DNA of 64,000 nt from Blepharisma stoltei ATCC 30299 (lineage: Eukaryota; Protista; Ciliophora): positions 783,424 through 847,423 of the forward strand of contig CBFDEM010000058.1 in assembly GCA_965603825.1 (NCBI GenBank), read 5' to 3'. Position numbers and translations under genes: made by a program. The stretch's first letter is position 1; each line of letters opens with the position of its first letter. Below are positions 48,400 to 59,978 of the stretch, one piece after another. The notes below the pieces were generated by a model. That model saw only the letters and a program-made list of their open reading frames with translations. It was not told the origin of the DNA and ran no database searches.

Positions 48400-49050
48400 C
48401 AGAAACTAAGTAATCGCCATGGGGAGAATAGAAATGGATTTACTTCGATTGCATAGGCTTTGCTTCACTCACTAAATATAAGCTGTCTATATTTGAATTT
48501 TTATCGTATGGTCTTGTCCTTCTGTAATAAAAATCTACCGCATGGTGAAGTTTTCCTTCGTGAATTTCTATCTAGAAATTTTCATAAGAGAATCACTCTT
48601 CTATAGAGAAAATATTATTGACCCAATTTTTCAGTCTATTTTAGGGATTTTCTGATCAATGTGTGTTTCAAGTTCCAAAATTTAAAACAAATTTCTTTTC
48701 GTTAAGTGAGGCTAAGATCTTCTTATTTGGTGAGGGGAATAAAGGCTTTTATATCAGATTTCGGAATTCCAAGGTTTTTCCGTTCCATGTCGTAGTTCTT
48801 GAAGTTGACGAAATTTAAGTAGGTGCGTGGAAGGTTAGTTTCTCTCAAATTCTCCTTCAAAAGCACATTAATTACTAAATTATTAGAAAATCCACTCATG
48901 GAATTCGGAACATTTCATGTTTCTATTTTTCATCAAAAACCGCACTATTTTAGAATGTAGCTGTATTGCTTTCTGCTAACGATATATTTTCAGAGTGTTT
49001 GGTTGCCAGTATTATATCAAATAGCTGCTTTTTTAAATTATCTGTCAAAA
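48400..49050 (-). pseudogene. Decayed paralog of the pentapeptide-WD40 gene
   Basis: LTDNLKKQLFDIILATKHSENISLAESNTATF* aligns with LTPELQELLYKIILLSKESGTVSLAASNAATIL. Further broken WD-like pieces follow (SPNKKILA, SPCGRF, FSPHGDYLVSG). Confidence 0.7.
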
Positions 49051-49663
49051 AATTTTAGATGTGCGATCATTTATTTCTTGGCTCACTTGATTAAAATGCA
49101 ACCTTACAGAACTTTTGTATTTTTTATTGAGGTAGATCACAAGTAATCGTTTTAAATGAATAGATCCACATCAATTAAAGAGGAGAATTTTTAATAAGAT
49201 TATCATAACACTCTGAATTAGATAATCATTTCCATGCAATATTTATAGATCTACTTTAATTGTCATTTTTTCCTAATTTTCTATCAAGCATCTTAAAATT
49301 TTTGTTTATTAAAAGAAGATTCATCATATATCAATTATAATTAATTAATCTAAGAATTAGAAATTTATCAATTTGTTTAGGCGATAACTTATTGGCATAT
49401 TTTATTAAATTGATAAGAATCAATCTGCATATCTTAGTTTATTAGAAAAACTATTATACATAAAATATGGAGATAAAAATTGTATCTAATAAATAGCAAC
49501 CGTTAGGAAAGAGTTAAAATTAAAATCAAAATTAATAGATGTTTTAAATGACGATCCACCAAATTTGTTAAAAAGTCTCACATCAAGCATTTTCAAAAAT
49601 TTAGTTAATATTTTTAGGTAATCAACTTAGCTGATCCAATAATGAGCAAATAATTAATATTTA

Positions 49664-49984
49664 ATGCTAAGCAATCCCAGCAATTCCAACGGGAGAAGAA
49701 ATGAAAAAGCTGAAAAGTATGTTTTTTGAAAAGAATTCGTTGTTCCAAGATCAATTTTACCTCTAAAAAACTCGAAATTTCACGAATTGTGCGGATGTCG
49801 CATGATTGTAAAACTTAGCCCAAAAGATGAGAATACCAAAATATCATTTTATAAGCGGTCAGCTGAACCAATCAATGCTAATGAGTTTAATTATGAGGAA
49901 AGCACATCTAAAATGCTTAAAATTGATGAAATCGCTCATCTCTCACCTCCAGAGAGCCCAGAAGGCTACATATTCGAATCCTAA
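49664..49984 (+). CDS. 106-aa hypothetical protein
   Basis: ATG 49664 is in frame with the track ORF through one TGA. Confidence 0.5.
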
Positions 49985-50037
49985 TTGATTGTATGGATAA
50001 AAACATTAATTAAGTCTCAACTATTGCATGGAAATTC

Positions 50038-51306
50038 TTAACTTTGGCTTAATTTAAGTTTCAGCTGCTCCAAGAGTTCAGCCTGCTGTGATTCTGTCAT
50101 TCGCATCACCTGTGCCATCATATAAGCTACGCTTGGAGCTTGCTTAATTACAATTGACTGCACCCACACGCAGGTAAACATTCCCATCATGAGTTGGCAA
50201 TCCATTCTGTCTGTCATTCCACCATGTCCTGGTATCGAGTTTCCAAAGTCCTTTATATGAAAAGCTCTCTTCACTCCCGAAGCGAAAAATCCTCCAAAAG
50301 GAGCGATGAAGCCTGCGAAAAATCCCAAAACCATTGAGTGGACTTCTAAGCTTGTAACATTCACATAAGGCAGCCCAATGTAACTGAAAATCCACGGCAA
50401 CTCTCTAACTTTTCTTATTAAAAGCTCTCCAGTGTCACAGTGCAAAGAGGTGAAAGGTGTAAGCGTGAACGAGCTTTGAGGGCACACCATGTACTCGAAT
50501 TGTGCCAAAAAGTGAGAGAACTATGTTAAAATTACGAAATAAGCCCACACTATTGTTGAAATCAAACCGCCTATGAAGCCTTCCCATGTTTTGTTTGGAG
50601 ATAGTTTGATCAAAGGCGTTCTTCCCAAAAAGACTCCAAATATATAAGCAAAACAGTCATTTGTGATGACCAGTGAGGCAGGAAGCAAGAACCAAATCAG
50701 CCCATTGTAAGCGTTGATTATAACAGTTGTGCCTTGTGTAACCACAAGCATGCAGGTAATGTGTGTCCATCCAAAAATCCTAAACTGGTATCTATACTGC
50801 CCTTTCCTCAGCGAGATTACAAAAAGGCAAATTCCTATAACATACATGATAAAGCTGAGTAAGTAGCTGTAATTGTAGACAAACTAACTAGGAATTACTG
50901 CAACTGCATCGTATTCGTGCAAAAATCCGCGGTCCTTGAGGAACATTGCTGTTACGAAGATTTCAGTCAGAACAAAAAAGTATCAATTAATTACAAAGAA
51001 AAAGGGCAATTTTTGGTCTCTGTGCTCATCTCTCTTTAAAGAAATGATTTCTTTAAAAATGCACGTGTTGATGAAAAGGACTAGTAAGCAGCAATAGAAG
51101 TGCCCTGCAGCCACGATCAATAAGAAGCTGCCGATCATAATAAAAGTTGTGATTGTTCGGGTCTTGAAACTTGAGAGTCTTGCACTTAATGGGGCTCTGA
51201 TTTTAGTCACAGGAGCATCTGATTCAGAAGTTTGAGAGTCACTTGCGTATTTCATTTTGTTTGCAGGCTGCCGTGGAGGCTGGGCATCAGACATCTTATC
51301 TTTCAT
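50038..51306 (-). CDS. CDS1: Phosphatidate cytidylyltransferase (CDP-DAG synthase); two 15-nt introns
   Basis: LIKLSPNKTWEGFIGG, FGGFFASGVKRAFHIKDFG.SIPGHGGMTDRMDCQ. Confidence 0.93.
50521..50535 (-). other. 15-nt intron GTAATTTTAACATAG
   Basis: Contains the in-frame TAG; A at position 10. Confidence 0.9.
50884..50898 (-). other. 15-nt intron GTAATTCCTAGTTAG
   Basis: Contains the in-frame TAG; A at position 10. Confidence 0.9.
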
Positions 51307-51910
51307 AATATGTTATTACAATTATATTAAAAATAGGAAGATTTCATAGTTTTTGCTGATAAGGGAAATGACTATTCTGGCATCAAAAATATATAGTGAG
51401 GTAGAGACATTGATTTTGGCTTTAATTAGTTATATTAATGCAGCACTAATTTAGCCAAGTTTTGATAACTACTGCTTCGTTTAGTATTCACTGCGAAAAG
51501 AAATTTAATCACTTAATTGCTGATTTCGCTTTATAAATAAGACTTATAATCAGCTATATCATAATAGAATGCTGATGACGTCATGCTTCACGAGCTCTTA
51601 GATTTTTATGTATGTAAGTTCAATATGAATAAATTCATTCTCAATGCTTCAATTTTCAACTTTTTATACTCAAAACTTTTACTCAAAAGTTCAGTAATAG
51701 CAATATCATCTTCCTCAAAAAAAGGATTAGAGTTAATTAAATAGCTCTCTCTAGTTATTTAAATAGTTTAAATTAATCTTATTTTTCAAATCAGTAATTT
51801 GATATTGCTTCCCATTTTTATGGCAATTAAAGAACACTGGATTAATATAATAATTCAAAAATACTCTTTAAAATTCTCATTTCTGATATTTAGATATGAT
51901 AGGATTTAAT

Positions 51911-53800
51911 ATGATGGATGAGAATCGAACTTCCTCTGAAAACACTGCACCCCAATTTCGACGGCACTCTAAAAGGCGATTCACCGAAACCAACGCTGGC
52001 CATTTTGAGGCAGAAGCCATCAAAAAGACTTTGAATTCTTTACCCAAACTTCCGGATGGCCAAAGGCTTGGCATTTATAGCCTTTTCGCAGTCTACGCCA
52101 ACACCAGTGATATTAATCTGAATATTCCAAACACCCTAATAAGGATCGATAACGAATCGACGTATTTGCTTAGAACTAACGACTCTGGAAAAATTGTGTC
52201 TCGCTCTTGCAACGATGACGATTTCTTTCATTTCTTACAGACGAAGAGAGCTTCAACTTTCTTCTACAAAACTCTTTACAAAGAAAGCATGGTCTTTAAT
52301 TCCAAAAGCAGCGCAGAAGTCTTTTGAAAATCATCCAAGGACTGGCCAGCTCTTATTCAGTCTTGCATTCAATGCAAAACGAAGCCCAATTCAATTACAA
52401 GAGCACTCTGAAGGGCTGGCATGAAAACTAAATACTACACAATTATTAATCGCCAACAGCAGACTGAGCCGAAAACCCCAAGAAAATGCACGATGCCAAG
52501 CATGTACCATAGTAGAAAAAGTCAAGTAGATTTTAAGTACACAAACATGATCCTCAAGACCTCCCGATCGATGAACAACCCTTACAAAGTCAACCTGACG
52601 TCTCGAAAGAGTCTTGAAAAGGTAAAGATTGAAAAAGCTGGCACTTTGAAAAACAGGGAAAAGCCTGCGCCTGATCCTCAAGAGCCGACTGAAAAGCCGA
52701 ATGAATTGATAGTGAACACAAGAGCCCCAGAAAGTCTTTTCGTGGTTGAAGATCCTCTCAAGGAAAACGACCTCGAGCAACTGGTAAATGAATTAATTGA
52801 TTTTTTGAATATCAATATTTATCGAGACCAAAAGCTGATTGGGATTGTTCTTGATTTTATCCGCGATCAAGATGAAAATTGGTTTCTATTAGATTGCAAG
52901 GAAATTTCAGCGGTCAATAATTATATTGCCACAAAAGGCAAAAGAAAAGCACAGATGATTGGGCAGGAATCGAGAACGAGGCTAAGTATAGACACCACGA
53001 AGCTGAAATTCAAAAATCTTAAGACCGGGGTGGATGAAGACATTGATGAAAAGCAGGCCTGCCCGTTTGTAATCAGATCTCCACCTCCACCGCCATCTTC
53101 AGGCTTGATCAAAAAATCAACGCAAGATTTAATGGAGCATTGAAATAAAGTCAACCAAAAACTTGAGACAGTGCTCAATAAGAAGCCTTCAAATAAGTTT
53201 AGCAATGCTAGCGTCCAAGAGCAGAGCATTAAAGCTTATCAAGCAAGATTCAATTTAAAAAATGGGCTTTTAGATGTCAGTGAGCAGTCAAGTTCTAATG
53301 ATATATCACCTCCACAACTGTCTCCACCCACTTCGAACTCATTGTGATCTGATGATAAGGACGAACACATCAATAAATGCCTGTATAATGTTTTAGAAAA
53401 ATTCGAAGAAATGAATATGAACGCTGAGCTATTGAAGGTGAGGCAGCAAAATTTAATTCGCAAATATGGAGGAGAAGATTTTTGGACAAGATTTATTGAC
53501 AGCTTATATAAGAAAATCATGTCTACTGACTGCCCGCTTAAAAAGTATTTTTTGAGCTCAAGCCTGACAATGATAACAAATGGGATGCATAAGGTCTTCA
53601 ATGGCTGCGCAAGCTTGCAATTTAGAAGAAAAATAAAAGCTGCACATCAAAATATGGGAATTCAAGAGAGTGAATTTTTGACCTACTCTAGCCTCTTTGA
53701 AGAAACACTCAATGAGTTCAATATTGAAGAATGCGACAAAGAGATGATTGTTTCACAAATAAGGATGATGAAAACATTGGTATGCCAGCAGCCAACATAA
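51911..53800 (+). CDS. ATP-grasp-like + C-terminal truncated (2/2) globin protein, paralog 1 (629 aa)
   Basis: Single frame through four TGAs, each aligned to a TGG in paralog 2. C-terminus has KYGG..F...LY....D..LKKYF...AAH.NMGI.E.EF. Confidence 0.85.
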
Positions 53801-54524
53801 AAATAATAGCTAGTCTATATTAATTTAATTAATACAATTTAAAGTACTTTCGTTATAAGAAAAAGAATACTATGATATATCTTTAAGGTTTAAATAAAAT
53901 CTTTTGTTTAAATTGATATCAATTGATTATTAACCCAGTAGCCTGTAGACAATTATTACATAAAATATGAAATTTTCCATCATAGAATCTAAAAGAAAAG
54001 CTATTAGTTTTAATCCAATTCAGAGCTGGATCTAGCTCAGCATTTATCTGCTGATTAAGATCCATTCTTGAAGACTTATGAGGCCTACTTAATCGAGTGA
54101 AGCATGCAAGCAAGCAAGCAATATATAATCCATAAGAGCATGCACAGTCCATTCAAAATACAATGTTTCTCATTCAACCTACCATAATTTTAAGAATTGG
54201 AAATCTTATAAATCCAATGAATCTTTTGAATTTATATAGATTTTGAGCAGAACTTAGTTCTTAGGCAGTGAAAGCCATCATTTTATAAAAATTAAATCAA
54301 TGCTGATTAAATATATCAATAGTTAGTCAAATTAAATAATTATGAAATATTTTGCAAAGATGTTGAATAATTATTATTGTTAACTTAATTTAATTTCCTT
54401 AATAACTTTCAATCAAATAGCAGACCACACAATTTAACGAGTTATGAGGAGGAAATTTAAATGTTATATAAGATAGGATTTCATATTTCTGATGGTCTTG
54501 GATAAATAAAATATCCAAAATTAC

Positions 54525-56459
54525 ATGGACGAACGCAAATTTCTCTCTGGAACATTGAGCATTCCTCATCCGAGGTCCTCCTTCAGAAGCATCACAACTG
54601 CAGTAAATAACCATTTGGAAGAAGAAGCAGCCAAGAAAAGCTTCAACTCTCTGCCCAAGCTCCCAGATGGGCAACGGCTTGGTATATATAGCCTTTTTGC
54701 TGTATATGCCAATTCGAGCGACATCAATGTGAATATTCCTATAACATTAATCCGAGTGGACAACGCTGGATCTCTTTACCTGCTGAAAACAGACGAAAAT
54801 GGGACAATTGTCTCGAGAGCATGCTCTGATAATGACTTCTTTTACCCTAATGGGAACATGAAAAAAGCGAAAAGTGAGATCTATTTTTATAAAACTTTAT
54901 ACCGAGAAAGCCATGTCCTGAACTCGAGAGAAAGTGCAGAGCTCTTTTGGAAGCAGTCCAAAGACTGGCCAGCAATGATACAGTGCTGCGTTCAATGCAA
55001 ATCCAAACCGACTTCAGTTACAAGAGCTGTCTGGAGGGCAGGCGTGAAAACCAGGTATTGTACAATAATAAACCGTCAGCAAGTCAGCGACTCCAAAGCC
55101 AAAAAGTCGTCTCCCAACCTGTACCAAAAGAAAAAGAGTTTGTCTATTTTAGGTGATTTTAAGTACACTAATATGATTCTCAAAACCTCAAGATCAGTTA
55201 ATAATCCATTCAAAGTCAACTTAACAGGACGAGCAAGTGTTAATGAAAAACCCAAATTCGAAAGAACGATGACAATGAAAAACAAGGACAACCGAAATGC
55301 TGATACAAAGGAGCATCATCATGGGCTCATTGTCAATACACGAGCTGCAGAAAGTATTCTTGTTGTGGATGACCCAATCAAGGCTGGTGGCCTAGATCCC
55401 ATTGTGGCGGAGATTATTGATTTTTTGAATATCAATATTTATAAAAACCAAGAATTAAAAGGAATTGTGCTTGACTTCGTCCATGATAAGGATAATAGAT
55501 GGGTCCTTTTGGACTGCAAAGAGATTTCTACTCACAACCGTTCTCCGTCAATCACCAGCACTAAAAAATTCCAGTCAATAAGCCAGACTAGTAGGTCTCG
55601 TCTTGGCTCAGAACCTGAAACCGTTTCTACAAGCAGCCGAAAAAGTTCAGAAAGTTCGCCATTAAAGTATAGGTCTTCACAACTAACTATAAATGCATCA
55701 GAAGAAAAGCAAGCTTGCCCATTTGTGATTCGGTCTCCTCGTCCTCCTCCAAGCCCTGTCAGCAACTCTGCCCAAGGACTTGTCGATAGATGGAATCGGG
55801 TGAATCAGAAACTTGAGCTTATATTAAACCTGAAGCCTTCAAACGAAATTAAAAATGCAAACATCGAAGAGCAAAGCATCAAGGCTTATAGCACAAGATA
55901 TATCCTAAAAAATTCAGTAGCTGAGACTGGAGAGCAGTCAACTGAAAGCGAAAGGTCAGCTCCATCTCCTCCCCATATGTCTCATCCAACCTCTAATGCT
56001 TTGTGGACAGACGAGAACAATGATCATATTAACAGATGCTTTACAGACGCCATCGGCAGAATTGAAGAAATGAACATGAACACAGAACTTTTAAAAGTGA
56101 AGAGCCAAAATCTAGTCTTAAAGTACGGAGGCGATACCTTTTGGAATAGCTTTATTCAAAGCTTATATAAAAAAGTGATGTTTGAGTCCACACTCAAGAG
56201 ATATTTCACAAGGTCAAACATAGACATGATCATGAATGGGATGAATAAAGTTTTTAACGGATGCGCAACTTTGCAGTTTAGGAGGAAAATTAAAGCTGCT
56301 CATCAGAATATGGGGATTCCAGAGAGAGACTTTTCTATATATTCAGCACTTTTTGAGGATACTCTGAATGAGTTTAATATTGAAGAGAGAGATAAGAGTA
56401 TGATAATGTCGCAGATTAAGTCTATGAAGTGCTTGATTTGCCAAACTCCGAATCAATAA
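54525..56459 (+). CDS. ATP-grasp-like + C-terminal truncated (2/2) globin protein, paralog 2 (644 aa)
   Basis: Intact ORF, colinear with paralog 1. Globin domain at about 56109-56459. Confidence 0.88.
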   Translation: MDERKFLSGTLSIPHPRSSFRSITTAVNNHLEEEAAKKSFNSLPKLPDGQRLGIYSLFAVYANSSDINVNIPITLIRVDNAGSLYLLKTDENGTIVSRACSDNDFFYPNGNMKKAKSEIYFYKTLYRESHVLNSRESAELFWKQSKDWPAMIQCCVQCKSKPTSVTRAVWRAGVKTRYCTIINRQQVSDSKAKKSSPNLYQKKKSLSILGDFKYTNMILKTSRSVNNPFKVNLTGRASVNEKPKFERTMTMKNKDNRNADTKEHHHGLIVNTRAAESILVVDDPIKAGGLDPIVAEIIDFLNINIYKNQELKGIVLDFVHDKDNRWVLLDCKEISTHNRSPSITSTKKFQSISQTSRSRLGSEPETVSTSSRKSSESSPLKYRSSQLTINASEEKQACPFVIRSPRPPPSPVSNSAQGLVDRWNRVNQKLELILNLKPSNEIKNANIEEQSIKAYSTRYILKNSVAETGEQSTESERSAPSPPHMSHPTSNALWTDENNDHINRCFTDAIGRIEEMNMNTELLKVKSQNLVLKYGGDTFWNSFIQSLYKKVMFESTLKRYFTRSNIDMIMNGMNKVFNGCATLQFRRKIKAAHQNMGIPERDFSIYSALFEDTLNEFNIEERDKSMIMSQIKSMKCLICQTPNQ

Positions 56460-56584
56460 TGCCAAATTAATAAAAATTCTTCGTTTAACGGAATAATTAT
56501 AAATCATTATAAGGGTTCTATTTTGTAACGGACTTATATAAAAGCGTAAAATGATTAATTAGCTTACATTAGAAGTGATATAGC

Positions 56585-57550
56585 TTATCTGCATATAAGA
56601 CACTTCATCGACCTGATTTGGGACATTATTGCAACTTTATCCCTCTCTTCGACTCCAAATTCAACTAGTGTACTTTCAAAAAGATCACAATAAGTGTTAA
56701 ACTCTTTTTCTGTAATTCCCATATTAATATGTGCTGCCTTGATTCTTCTTCGGAACTGCATTGTCGCACAGCCGTTAAAAACCTGAAACATCCCCCACGT
56801 GATCATCTCCAAATTTGACGAGCTAAAATACTTGTCAAGTCCATAGTCAGGAGACATTATTTTTTGGTACAAAGATTCAATAAATTCTTTCCAAAATTCG
56901 TCACCACCATATTTTCTCACAAGGTTTTGAGTTTTTACTTTCAAAAGTTCTGTATTCATGTTCATCTCGTCGATTTTTCCTGCAATGTCTGCGAAGCATT
57001 TTTTTACATGCAAAGCTGTCTTGTCGTTCCATATGGTGCTGACTGGAGGAGACTGAGCAGGCGGGACCTCACTGTCTGGCTCTGATTCACTTGAGTTTAA
57101 GGTTGGGTTTCCTCTTATGTTATATCAAGACTGATAAGCCTTTATGCTTTGCTCCTTAATGTTTGAGCTTTTCATGCTTGGAGATGGTTTTAGGCTTATA
57201 ATTTGCTCTAGTTTTTGATTCACTTTGTTTCATCTTTCGAATAGATCTTTCTCTGAAAGGCAAGTAGGACTGTGAGCTTGCTGCCGAGGAGAAAGTTTTA
57301 GCTTAAAAGGGCAAATTTCAAGTTGCTCTTCAGCAGAAGCTGCAGGGATATCTTGAAGGTCTAAAGAAGTCGGGATTGCAAGAGAAATCTTTTTTCGAGG
57401 CGTTCGAACTTGTGTAGGGGACTTGGGACTTTGTAAATCATGTTCGGAATCTGTCCTACCCTTAATAGGAAGTTTTAAATCTTTTCTTTTAAAAATAAAT
57501 CTTGGGGAGCCTTTAGATTTCACGCTCAGGAGATTTAAATGACGATCCAT
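56585..57550 (-). CDS. Truncated-globin protein, paralog 3 (321 aa; lacks the ATP-grasp-like domain)
   Basis: ATG 57550 (MDRHL). Shares CPF..SP, W-NKVNQKLE, EQSIKAY and the globin domain with paralogs 1 and 2. Two TGA=Trp. Confidence 0.85.
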
Positions 57551-58224
57551 TGTATAATAAATTTGGAACTTAAAGTTGAAAGAATCTATCAAAGAGTTAA
57601 AGAGAAAATAAACTTGTGAACAAAAGATGCTAGTTAAGAAACTTACATAAAAATAAATGGTTCATTTATTTAGCAAGGCTTTTAATTATTATTGTAGTAG
57701 ATTGCCAATTATATCTAAATGAAATATAATTGTGATTAGTATTTCATTAATTAATTTGTGTCGAATTTCTAATAAAAAGTATTGTTGTTCTAATATTTTT
57801 GATGCTATTTTATAAGCTAGAATATTAAATTAAGAGATTTTGATTATATAATACATGGTTTATGTTTAAATATTTTTTGTCAAAATCATATATAAATATT
57901 TTTGGAGATCTTGCTAAAATATGCTAGAAAAGTCAAAGAATTGCTACTAAATTAGTGGAAAAGCAAATATAAGCTAAAAATGCCTAAAATGGGCTAATAA
58001 TCATTAAGCTATTAACTATCAGGCACAAAAAGACTCAGGCCTTTTCCCTAAACATTTAAATTAATCGAATCAATTTTCTCAAAACACAGTTTTAAACTAA
58101 ATAATATCAATCAAATCACTAATTTTAAATTCTCTTGTGAAAATGCTATTCTCTCACCTACCGCTTATAAAATTAATCACAAAAAACAAAAAGGCTATAA
58201 ATATAAGCAAATCACAATTAATAA

Positions 58225-59978
58225 ATGGAGCCCAAACAGTGTTCAGAAGGAAGCTGCAATCTTGAAGCGAGCTATGTGTGCAAATGCACCTTCCCTAAAA
58301 CTTATTGGTGCGAATTGCACTTTGAAAATCATTCTAAATTGATCAGCCAAACTCATGTTTTAAGCCAATCTGTTTAGAGCCCATTCAAGGAACTAAAGAT
58401 GCAACTCTCAAATTTCTTGCAAAACAAAAGTATAAGCAAAACAAAATAAAGAACAAAATGCTTTCTTCATTCAGTCAATATACTAGTAACTCAGAAAGCT
58501 ATTTTTATGATACCATAGAGAAGTTAGATTCTAATTTATTAGAAATAAACAATTGCTTTGATAAAATTACTAATGCACAAAAAATTTCAAAACTGGAGAA
58601 AGACCCAATATTGAAACTAATGACTTTGAACGCCGATGAAGCTATTACAAAAGTAAAAAAAATTATCCCTGAAAATCCTTCTTCATATAATAATCCTAAA
58701 TTATTTTATGGACTAAGTCAAGAGCTTGAGAGAATAATTGAATGTTTCATTAAAGACAAATTTGAATCTTTTTTGAACGCAAGGCTCTCAAATATTGAGA
58801 AAACACTTGAAGAACATGATAAAGCTATCAATTCAAATACAGAGCTATCTAGCAATCAACAGTCAGAAGTATTTTCTGATTTATTGAGCCAAATTGAGAA
58901 GAGAAATAGAGAATTCGATAATTGGAAACTTGAGCTAGAAAATAAAGCGATATCTGTTAATCCTCAAATTAATCAAATAGCTGAAGACATTGAAAAAAGG
59001 CTCTCCATATTAAATGAGAAACAAAAAATCGTTGAAAACTGAATTAGAGATCTTCAATTGCAGCTGCAAGACAAAACCTCTGAGCTTTTAAATACAAATA
59101 ATGAATTGAAATTAGAAAGAGATTTCAGAAAGGTTTGTTTTCCATACGAGAACGAACTAAGATCGATTTGTTCTTCGATTGCACCACTCAGCCAAGCTTA
59201 TCAAGACTACATAAAGGCATTCCACCACAAATCATCACTCTATCTTGTTGCTAAAGTCAATGATTCTACTAATTTGTTTATATATGATACTGAAAATGAA
59301 AGAGAGGAAGTTAAAGTGCTAAAAACTCCAGAAATTTTAAGCACTGGCACTTGCTGGGCCAAAATTCCGAATGGTGGGTTGTTCTGCTTCGGAAATTATC
59401 CATCTTCAGGCATTTCGCTAATAATATCAGAAAACGGTGAAGTTCAAATGCTACCATATGGAACGCCTTGCCATTTATCATCAGCTGTATACTTCAATAG
59501 AAATGTTTATTGCTTTGGAGGCGTATACAATGGAATTCCATCAAATATATCAGATAGATTTGATTTAGAAAGAAATCAATGAGTTAAATTAAATTCACTT
59601 CCTCAATTTGATTACAAATGCAGCTGCATACTGGTTAACGGGTATATTCTGATAGCTGGATGCGTCAGTAGAAATCTTTGGAGATACTCAATTTCCCTCA
59701 ACTGTTTCGAGAGAATCTTATACAAATTTGCAGGAGAAAAGAGAAAATTGTTGATAAATCTGGGCAAATTGTACTTAATTGAATGCGATGGATCAATTTA
59801 TGAGAGTGGTTTTAATGATGACAATAATTGAAAACAAATCGCAAACGCAAAAATGAGTTCTAATGTTCCTTCTCAAGTTGGATGCTCATTCAATAAAGGA
59901 ACGGTATATATCGGAGCCTCTATAGATGAACGATACTTTAAGTTTAATTTGAGCGAAAACGTAATGCTTAGACTTTAA
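58225..59978 (+). CDS. Cys/His zinc-finger + coiled-coil + Kelch-repeat protein; one frameshift near 58358
   Basis: MEPKQC....C.....C.C.....C..H...H, coiled coil, Kelch blades (LFCFGNYP, VYCFGG, RFDLERNQ-W(TGA)). Ends TAA 59978. Confidence 0.8.

Noticed and set aside
53919-54152. 77-aa - strand ORF between globin paralogs 1 and 2
   Set aside because: No motif or paralogy; likely a chance ORF.
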